A stretch of 64,000 nucleotides of DNA. Origin: Bdellovibrionales bacterium. Lineage in GTDB: Bacteria > Bdellovibrionota > Bdellovibrionia > Bdellovibrionales > UBA1609. Under the pieces are notes generated by a model. The model saw only the letters and a list, made by a program, of their open reading frames with translations, was not told the origin of the DNA and ran no database searches. The stretch is from NCBI GenBank assembly GCA_965261545.1, contig CBDHDF010000011.1, positions 768,001 to 832,000 on the forward strand, in the 5' to 3' direction. The translations under genes and the position numbers were made by a program. Of the stretch, positions 9,988 to 17,290 are shown in pieces; position 1 is the stretch's first letter, and each line of letters starts with the position of its first letter.

Positions 9988-10085
9988 GCCAGTTATCCAC
10001 AAAATTTATCCACAGCAGCACTGCGTTGCTAGACATCGGGGTCACAGCCGCAGTGTCGCCATGGATAAATTTATGGATAACTGGC
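9988..10085. repeat. DnaA-box hairpin module (copy in IS21-A #1)
   Basis: Inverted arms GCCAGTTATCCACAAAATTTATCCACA ... TGGATAAATTTATGGATAACTGGC, with two perfect TTATCCACA boxes. Confidence 0.85.
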
Positions 10086-10573
10086 TTTTACCGTACTATT
10101 TGCTCGTCACTCTCGCGGAGATTTAGACATTAGCTGCGCCAAGGAATCCTGAAAAATACTCCATTTACCTCTGCCATAGGGCTGAAGGATGCATTTGGGG
10201 TCATGCCAAAAGTGGTGGGTAGAAAATCATTCCTCAGAATCTTGTGGCATAGTCCGAGTTAAATGATGAGCAAAATAAAGACACTTGACTAAACTCTGAA
10301 CGAAGAATAACTAAATCAGTACATCATCAACTGGCCGTTTTTCATTGGCGACGGCTTCTAAAAATGGCCAATTTTAATTGGCGCCTAACACACCTTACAA
10401 AATGTTTAAGAGATAAGAAGATGAACCTAAAAAGCCCAGCCATAGGCATTGGTCATGTTAAAGAGCGACCTTTAACTGTTGTAGAGGCCATGAGGGAACT
10501 CAAGGAAGTTAGGGCTATCCCTGTTAAAATTCGTGATCAAGTCATTTGGACCCGCACAGATATCACTGGCAAT

Positions 10574-11199
10574 GTGTGCCACGAAGTCACGGAGGTGACA
10601 TGCTGATGTGAAGATGGAGGTAGGTCCTCCGCACTCGGATTTCAGGATTTGAGTGCAAACAACCTTGCTGCTGCATGGGAGGCAAGGCCCTTGTAGTGAG
10701 CGAGCAAGGAAAAGGCCGTAGTAAACGGTCATGTAAGTACTAGGGAGATGAGCGAAAGCAAACCCACCGACGACGCATCGAAAGATTAACAGTCGCGTCA
10801 AAACCGAAGGAAGGTTGTCTCCGTCGGGATAAGTCTAGAGGAAGCCTGATGACCGATCTAGACGGCGTGCGGTGTATAGGGGGCATGAACCTAGTACAGG
10901 CTTCGTATCGGAACGTGGGAACCTGCTGGTGGATGATAAGGGAAACGCTATAAGGGAGACCCCCGAAGTGCTAAATACCGATGCCACCAACCAGGGGCAG
11001 AGTGATTCGTAGTAGTGATGAAGTTCTTGTAATGAGAATGGAGCGAAGGGGTCACATGATTTATGGAAGTAGTCAGGCCAACTTGGTTATGCTGAGGAGG
11101 AGCCTAATGAAACGGAAAATCATAGGAGCCGTGTGAGGGGAGACTTTCAAGCACGGTTCTGTGAGGGGCAGTGGGGGAAGTTCCCACTGCCTACTCGAT
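10574..11199 (+). ncRNA. ORF-less group II intron (IIB, class D/RmInt1-like), 626 nt
   Basis: 5' GTGTG and 3' ...TACTCGAT. Domain V is GAGCCGTGTGAGGGGAGACTTTCAAGCACGGTTC; domain VI is a hairpin with a bulged A. It is precisely absent, with no duplication, from the IS1634 copy at 62842/62843. Confidence 0.93.
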
Positions 11200-11342
11200 G
11201 CCAACTCCTTATTTAAAGCCGCAGGCGTCCCCATCCCTCCCAGAATCCTTAATGCCCACAAGTGTGGATAAACAAAATACAACTATATGCGTTAATCCTT
11301 TAATATCATTCGTTTGACGCAGATGCTGCTGTCAAACTCGGG

Positions 11343-11486
11343 AGTTGCTGATGAAGATTTCAATGGAGAAGAGGAGGCACTTCAAAAGAAGCTATGAAAG
11401 GTCTATCAAAAGGGCTGGGAGTTCTTTTAAAAGAAATAGCTTAACGCAGAGGCAGAGGGGTGTGGTGGCTTAAGGAAACGGCATTG
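11343..11486 (+). mobile_element. IS4-A 3' end fragment
   Basis: Matches the last 144 bp of IS4-A, including the IR CTTAAGGAAACGGCATTG. Confidence 0.9.
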
Positions 11487-11576
11487 GCTACAAGGTAGTG
11501 CTAGCCTGCATTTCTCACAAACTAAGAAATGCTCTTCCATTTTCCAGAAAGCTCCCCATGACACACCAGTGCGTGG

Positions 11577-12527
11577 CTATTCAGAAATTTCCATTTTAGA
11601 CCGTATTTTTTTAATGAGTTTTTGCTCCAGTTGTCGAACGGCCTCTCGGGTAATTCCGTATTGATCCCCCACCTCTTGAAGAGTCATGGGACTGTCAGAA
11701 AGCAGACGCTCAGAAAGAAGAAACTTCTCTCGCTCATTGAGTTGTCCCTTGATTTCTTTCAATTGATTCTTCAGCCTTAAAAGCTCTTCAAAGCGAGAAA
11801 GGGCTTCCACGGGGCTTTCTTCATTGTCTTGCTGAAAATCCAAAAAAGTCATACTTCCCTCTCCCTGGTGCACGGGAGTATCTAAGCTGAAATCATGGCC
11901 TGACATTCTCATGGTCATGTCCTCAACCTCCTTTTCTGAAACTCCCAAGCGGCCGCTCAATAAAGCTACCGAAGCCTCATTTCCCATTTTTTCCAACTCC
12001 TCGCGATGCTTCTGAAGTTGATAAAAAAGTTTTTTTTGATTTTGTGTCGTTCCAATTCGCACTAGTGAATACTGCTTCATCAAATACTCTTGAATATATC
12101 CACGAATCCACCACACGGCATAGGAGATAAGTCGCACTCCCTTGTGGGGGTTGAACTCCTTTACAGCATGCATAAGTCCCACGTTACCCTCCTGTATGAG
12201 GTCGATGAGTTTCGCTCCAAACCGTGAGTACTCCATAGCCACTTTGACAACAAAGCGAAGATTGGCCGTGACAAGGGCTTCTGCAAGCTTGGGGTCACCC
12301 GTTTCCTTATATTTTATGGCAAGCTCTTTTTCTTCTTCTCTGGTGAGTACAGGATACTTGCGAACCTCTGCCATATATTGGGCCACGGGATCGGAGGGAG
12401 CTAGAGCCTTTGTACTCGAAGAAGACGAGGGCGACATCAGGGGCTTCAACGGAAGCTGAGACTTCTTCTTTTTCTTTTGGCTGAATCCTTGAGAAGAGTT
12501 CACTGTTTTCAATATTTGTTTCTTCAT
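11577..12527 (-). CDS. rpoH: RNA polymerase sigma-32 (RpoH/SigB-family) factor
   Basis: Region 1.2 Y-x-x-EV-x-K-YPVL, ANLRFVVK, DLIQEGNVGLM, RLISYAVWWIR, RpoH box-like TTQNQKKLFYQL and region 4 TLQEVG-x-x-YGITREAVRQLE. Confidence 0.85.
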   Translation of the reverse strand: MKKQILKTVNSSQGFSQKKKKKSQLPLKPLMSPSSSSSTKALAPSDPVAQYMAEVRKYPVLTREEEKELAIKYKETGDPKLAEALVTANLRFVVKVAMEYSRFGAKLIDLIQEGNVGLMHAVKEFNPHKGVRLISYAVWWIRGYIQEYLMKQYSLVRIGTTQNQKKLFYQLQKHREELEKMGNEASVALLSGRLGVSEKEVEDMTMRMSGHDFSLDTPVHQGEGSMTFLDFQQDNEESPVEALSRFEELLRLKNQLKEIKGQLNEREKFLLSERLLSDSPMTLQEVGDQYGITREAVRQLEQKLIKKIRSKMEISE

Positions 12528-12583
12528 TTCAATATTTCTTTACTTGCTCTATGCTATAGGGGGCCATCGCTGAGCAGATCAAA

Positions 12584-12889
12584 CTACATAAGCAGCTTGT
12601 TTAGTTTCTCCTCTAGCTTACTTTGAATAGGGCCTCGAAGAAGCGCCAGCCGCAGGGGAAGCTTGACAGTCACAATAACACGGGACCCATCACCCTGGGC
12701 CACAATATCCATAGAAGCTTTAAAATGGCGGCTGGATATGGAGCCAGCAAGTTTTTCTCGACAAAAATCATAGGAAAAGTCGGGGTCTAGCCTCTTAAGA
12801 TCCCGATCTGACTGTAAAAGACTAGACACTTTATCAAACACTTCTTCAGGATGATACTTTGTTGTGATTTCCACAGTAATGTTGCGCAT
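12584..12889 (-). CDS. Small conserved protein, polyhydroxyalkanoic-acid-system (PHA_gran_rgn)-like
   Basis: 101 aa with a V-x-LP-x-x-L-x-L-x-x-G-x-I-x-x-x-L C-terminal pattern; family assigned from memory. Confidence 0.55.
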   Translation of the reverse strand: MRNITVEITTKYHPEEVFDKVSSLLQSDRDLKRLDPDFSYDFCREKLAGSISSRHFKASMDIVAQGDGSRVIVTVKLPLRLALLRGPIQSKLEEKLNKLLM

Positions 12890-12990
12890 ACATATAAACT
12901 ATTCTCTGTTGAGAGCGGTGTCCAGCAGTGACTTAGACAGACATAAGTTCCTAGCCTACATTTCTCACCCCAGATTGCAATGCTGCTTCC

Positions 12991-13863
12991 TTAAGCCATA
13001 CTTTTCAAGTAATAAGCTAAATCCTTTTGAATTTTTGGATTCTTCAAACCAAATTCAATATTTGCCTTGAGATAACCCAGTTGATCGCCAGCATCAAAGC
13101 GCTGTCCTTGGACTTCAATAGCCTCCATTCCATGGCTCTGTGCCAATAATGTCATACCATCTGTGAGCTGAATTTCACCATTTTTTGTAGGTTTTCCATA
13201 TCTAAGACATGTAAAAATGTGGTGATGAAAAATATAGCGACCAGGGAGTGCGAGTTGACTAGGAGCTTCTTCCATAACAGGCTTTTCAACCACAAATTCC
13301 ACAGTATAGCGAAAATCTTCTATTCTTTGATGTTTGATAATCCCATATTTGTGGACCTCGCTTTTTTCTACTGGGGTAACAGCCACTGTGGAAACCCTAT
13401 TTTTGTCCCAATTTTGGATAAGTTGCCCTATGACAGGTATCTCTTCTGGGGGAGTCCACATAATTTCATCACCCAACAGAACAGCAAAAGGTTCCTCTCC
13501 AATAGCAGGCTCACCACAACAAATGGCATGCCCTAAACCTAGAGGTTTGTCCTGACGAACAGGCGTAATACGACACATAGACTCTATTTCTTTGAGCATC
13601 TTGAGGGTTTCTTGCTGACCATTTTTATCTAAGTGGTCAGCAAGACGGGGAGTTGGTTTAAAGAAATCTTCAAGGCTCTCCTTGCCCTGGCGTGTAACAA
13701 GGATAATTTCCTCAATGCCAGCTCGTACAGCCTCCTCGATGACATAGAGAATAATGGGGCGGTCAACAATGGGCAGCAATTCCTTGGGCACTGTTTTTGT
13801 TACTGGAAGAAACCGAGTTCCCAACCCCGCTGCGGGAATAAGAGCCTTTTTCACAGAACCCAT
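12991..13863 (-). CDS. galU: UTP--glucose-1-phosphate uridylyltransferase
   Basis: KKALIPAAGLGTRFLPVTK-x-x-PKELLP, Q-x-x-PLGLGHA, LLGD, VEKP, GEIQLTD and RFDAGD motifs; GGAGG RBS. Confidence 0.96.
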   Translation of the reverse strand: MGSVKKALIPAAGLGTRFLPVTKTVPKELLPIVDRPIILYVIEEAVRAGIEEIILVTRQGKESLEDFFKPTPRLADHLDKNGQQETLKMLKEIESMCRITPVRQDKPLGLGHAICCGEPAIGEEPFAVLLGDEIMWTPPEEIPVIGQLIQNWDKNRVSTVAVTPVEKSEVHKYGIIKHQRIEDFRYTVEFVVEKPVMEEAPSQLALPGRYIFHHHIFTCLRYGKPTKNGEIQLTDGMTLLAQSHGMEAIEVQGQRFDAGDQLGYLKANIEFGLKNPKIQKDLAYYLKSMA

Positions 13864-14034
13864 CTGACCTCCTATGGTATATCAAGTATCTCAAATATCT
13901 CATTCAAGTATCTCAGCTTTTCCTGGCCCTCTGCCTTTCGTCAAGTCAAGATAATCTTTATTATACGCTTTTTTCGGCGAAGTAAAGAGGGGACTGTCTC
14001 AAATTCTTCCTCAAAAATTCCGATAACTTAACTG

Positions 14035-15429
14035 ATGAAGAATAAGAAATCTAACTCTCTTGCCAGCGAACTCATGGAGGATCTTTTAGAAGAAGATTTG
14101 TCCCAGGTGACTCTCGATGAAAGTGAAGCTAAAGGTATCAATAAAAGCAGGGGGGAGAACGAAAATAAAGACCAAGGTGAAAGTCAAGACCAAGACAAAA
14201 GTAGAGTCCAAGGCAAAAGGAATAAAAAAGCTTCCAGCAAGAAAATACAAAAACAAGAGCTAGATGGTACAGCAACAGCTTTACTCAAACTCTCTTCATT
14301 AAAAAAAAACATTGAGTGGAGAGTAGAAGACCTTTTAATTGGCGAACTTGCTGATGAATCTCTAACTGATGAATCCATAGAAGTAATTTCTTCCTCCAAA
14401 AAACAAGAAAAACCAAAAAGGCTTTCAGTGGCTTCAGAGATATCCACAAGATTATCCTCAGAGGACCAAACGGTGACACAAGCAACGCCCCTCACAAAAG
14501 TCAAAAGATTAGAGAAACCCCAATCCATCACCAAGAGAGCCACAAAAACGACTGAAAAGAGCACAAAATCACCTCAAACTCCAAAGACTACGGAAGACAC
14601 AGAGGCCATAAAGCCACTTCGTACACCCAAAAAAACAAAAATAGAGAAAGAGCCTTTCTCTAAAGAAGAAATCAACCACGAAAAAACTCTTCCCATAAAC
14701 TCTTCTTCTCATTCACCCCTGTTATTTCATTCTTATCCCAATGAAAATCAAAGGGACACAACAAAATCAAGTCTCACCTCTCCTTTTTTGCCGAAGGCAC
14801 CTCATTTGCACCACTATAGCTCATCTTCTGATTTATCATCAACAGATGTAGCTCTTGTGCAATCCCAACACCTAAAGGTAGCTCAAGAAAAAATATTAAC
14901 CCTTGAAGACGAAATCGACACTCTCAGGATCGAAAATGAAAAATTAACCGCCGCCGGTACAAACCTTAAAGATAGAAATGAAGAACTTACAGCCCAATTA
15001 GAAGAAATCCATAAAATAACACATGAAGAAGTCGATCAACTCACTAAAGAAAAAGAAATTATATCCAAGATATTAAAAGAAAGAGAAGAAGAAATAAATA
15101 AGATCACTTCTGAAAAAAAGAATCTTGAAACACGTTTGGAGTCAAATTTTAGGAAAATACGAGTTAGAGAAAGAGATTTAGAAAATCGTCTAGAGCTTAT
15201 AAAAATGGAACATATGGCAGTTAACCATAGAAAAGATGAAGTTGTATTGAACTTAAAAAGACAAGTTGATCAGCTTTCTTTAGAGCTTGATAATTTTAGG
15301 AATAAAGGACAAAGCTTAAATAAACAACTTAATGAAAAGAAAGAAGCCCTACAAAGAACAGTGAAAGCCCTGCGATTAGCTCTCCTTATGCTCGAAAGTG
15401 GGGATGTTTCATCAAAAAAGATTAGCTAA
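14035..15429 (+). CDS. Hypothetical protein: disordered N-terminus and long C-terminal coiled coil
   Basis: 464-aa ORF with a heptad-rich C-terminus ending RTVKALRLAL. Confidence 0.75.
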   Translation: MKNKKSNSLASELMEDLLEEDLSQVTLDESEAKGINKSRGENENKDQGESQDQDKSRVQGKRNKKASSKKIQKQELDGTATALLKLSSLKKNIEWRVEDLLIGELADESLTDESIEVISSSKKQEKPKRLSVASEISTRLSSEDQTVTQATPLTKVKRLEKPQSITKRATKTTEKSTKSPQTPKTTEDTEAIKPLRTPKKTKIEKEPFSKEEINHEKTLPINSSSHSPLLFHSYPNENQRDTTKSSLTSPFLPKAPHLHHYSSSSDLSSTDVALVQSQHLKVAQEKILTLEDEIDTLRIENEKLTAAGTNLKDRNEELTAQLEEIHKITHEEVDQLTKEKEIISKILKEREEEINKITSEKKNLETRLESNFRKIRVRERDLENRLELIKMEHMAVNHRKDEVVLNLKRQVDQLSLELDNFRNKGQSLNKQLNEKKEALQRTVKALRLALLMLESGDVSSKKIS

Positions 15430-15501
15430 TCTATAAATTAAATATAAATAGAGGATAAACACAAACTAAATACATCTAAAAAGAAAGTAAAATATAGAAT
15501 T

Positions 15502-16596
15502 ATGAGAAAAAAAATAAAACTCGTTCTAAGTGATTTACATCTTGGCCTGGGAAGTCTCCTAGAAGATGGTCGACCCAACCCTCTAGAAGAATTTAATTAC
15601 GATGAAAAATTTTCTGAATTTATTGACTATTACTCTAGAGGAAACTTTGAAGATTATGATATTGAAATTATTTTTAATGGAGATATTTTTAATTTCTTAC
15701 AAGTTGACTACAGAGACCACTACCTCACAGTTATCACAGAAAGTATTACCTTAGAAAAAATGAAATTTATCATAGAGGGTCACCCCATATTTTTTCAATC
15801 ATTAAAAAAATTTTCTAGCCAAGAAAGAAATATGATAACATTTGTTGTTGGGAACCACGATCAAGGCATGTTGTGGCCAAAGGTCAGGGCTCATTTAGAC
15901 ACAGCCCTAGAAACAACAATTCGTTACAAGAATATTGCTTATTTTTTTGATGGATTTCACATTGAGCATGGACATATGCACGAGGCGGCCAATAGATTTG
16001 ATTCTAGAAAGTTTTTTTTAAAAAAGAATCTAGCAGAACCTATTTTAAATCTGCCTTTTGGCTCTTATTTCTTTGTTGATTTCGTACTCAAATTGAAAGA
16101 AAAAAATCCCAATGTTGACAAAATAAGGCCTTTTAACAAGATGGTAAAATGGGGCCTTTTTAATGAAACACTTCTGACTGTAAGTGGAATTTTTTCTCTC
16201 CTACTGTATTTCATTCGTTCTACGTTTTATAAGCCTCTTCGCAAGGGTTCTTGGCCCATACAAAAAATTATAAATGTTATACTGGAAAGTGCCGTCTTTC
16301 CCGACCTTAGTGGAGCTGCTCGCCAAATTCTTACCGATGAGAGAGTGCATACAGTTATCTTTGGTCATACCCACGTTTACCAATATCGACAATTTCCGGA
16401 CGGAAAAGAATATTTTAATACAGGGACTTGGACCGAAATGACCTCTCTTGATATAGGAACGCTAGGACAAGCCACTCGACTGACCTATGTCCTCATTGAG
16501 TATCCCAAAGGTACAACTGAAGGTGCGCGCCCCAGAGGCCGGCTCAAAGAATGGGTTGGTTACCACAGAGTTGAAAAAGACATCATTTCCTCTTAA
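15502..16596 (+). CDS. Calcineurin-like metallophosphoesterase (LpxH-like fold)
   Basis: SDLHLG, NGD, GNHD, EHGH, FGHTH and NTGTW motifs. Confidence 0.9.
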   Translation: MRKKIKLVLSDLHLGLGSLLEDGRPNPLEEFNYDEKFSEFIDYYSRGNFEDYDIEIIFNGDIFNFLQVDYRDHYLTVITESITLEKMKFIIEGHPIFFQSLKKFSSQERNMITFVVGNHDQGMLWPKVRAHLDTALETTIRYKNIAYFFDGFHIEHGHMHEAANRFDSRKFFLKKNLAEPILNLPFGSYFFVDFVLKLKEKNPNVDKIRPFNKMVKWGLFNETLLTVSGIFSLLLYFIRSTFYKPLRKGSWPIQKIINVILESAVFPDLSGAARQILTDERVHTVIFGHTHVYQYRQFPDGKEYFNTGTWTEMTSLDIGTLGQATRLTYVLIEYPKGTTEGARPRGRLKEWVGYHRVEKDIISS

Positions 16597-17290
16597 CTTT
16601 CTCGTAACTGCTCACCCTTGCTCTTCTGACAAGATGAGAAATATAGCCTACATTCCGCACTTTTAAGGCGCAAAAAGTTGGAGTCAGTTGTCTTTAATTT
16701 CAATCACTTAGGAAACTTTTATCACTTCCAAGGTGTCTTTGACATACCTTTTTGCGCAATCAAAGCGACCTTTTTTTCTAAGACTCTTAATCTCTTAATT
16801 CTTCGGCGACACTCTTCAGCTTCCTCCTCTGTTACAATGCCATTCGTCTATGAAAAAGTATGTCAAGAAAATATACCTATCCATGTTGCAAAAAATTACC
16901 ATCTTTTGCTGCATACGGTCACCCGTCCTTCCGAAATCTCTCACCAAGTTCTTTCTAGCACTTCTTCTTCATGGTTAATGGCTTTTTATTTACATCTCTA
17001 AAACAACATATTCCTATGATTCGTCTATTTGGACACTCTTAATTCAAGACCGGTTGGAAAATGCTCCTTCCTACAATCTTCAATTTGGGTCATCGTAAAT
17101 GTTAAGGAATAGAGGACGTACTAATCGTTTAAATGAACCTTTATGGCTATCGAATGGATTGAGCTATCTATCCTCACCTCATAATAAAGTCATTGTCTAC
17201 TTTTCGCTATATGCTTAAAGAACTACTGAGATTTTTATGAGGCTGTTTTAATATATTTTACATTTTTGTATTTCCTGTAGGGTTTAAATT

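Larger units (their letters stand above)
5118..10390 (+). mobile_element. IS21-family element A, copy 1 (3246 bp plus nested IS4-B)
   Basis: Termini are TGTTAG...CTAACA, with internal GTCGCCAAT repeats and istA-istB. The 5-bp TSD CACCT lies at 5113-5117 and 10391-10395. Confidence 0.95.
3749..11342 (+). mobile_element. IS1634-family element A, disrupted copy (5' end lost; carries IS21-A and a group II intron)
   Basis: Segments 3749-5117, 10391-10573 and 11200-11342 match the intact copy at 61073-62985. The right IR ends GCTGTCAAACTCGGG at 11342. Confidence 0.93.

Noticed and set aside
9988..10085. Chromosomal oriC because of clustered DnaA boxes
   Set aside because: The boxes recur inside six IS copies, and there is no dnaA/gidA context or AT-rich unwinding element.
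16678..17001. 107-aa ORF after the metallophosphoesterase
   Set aside because: TTG start, no RBS or motif, in a region that looks decayed.
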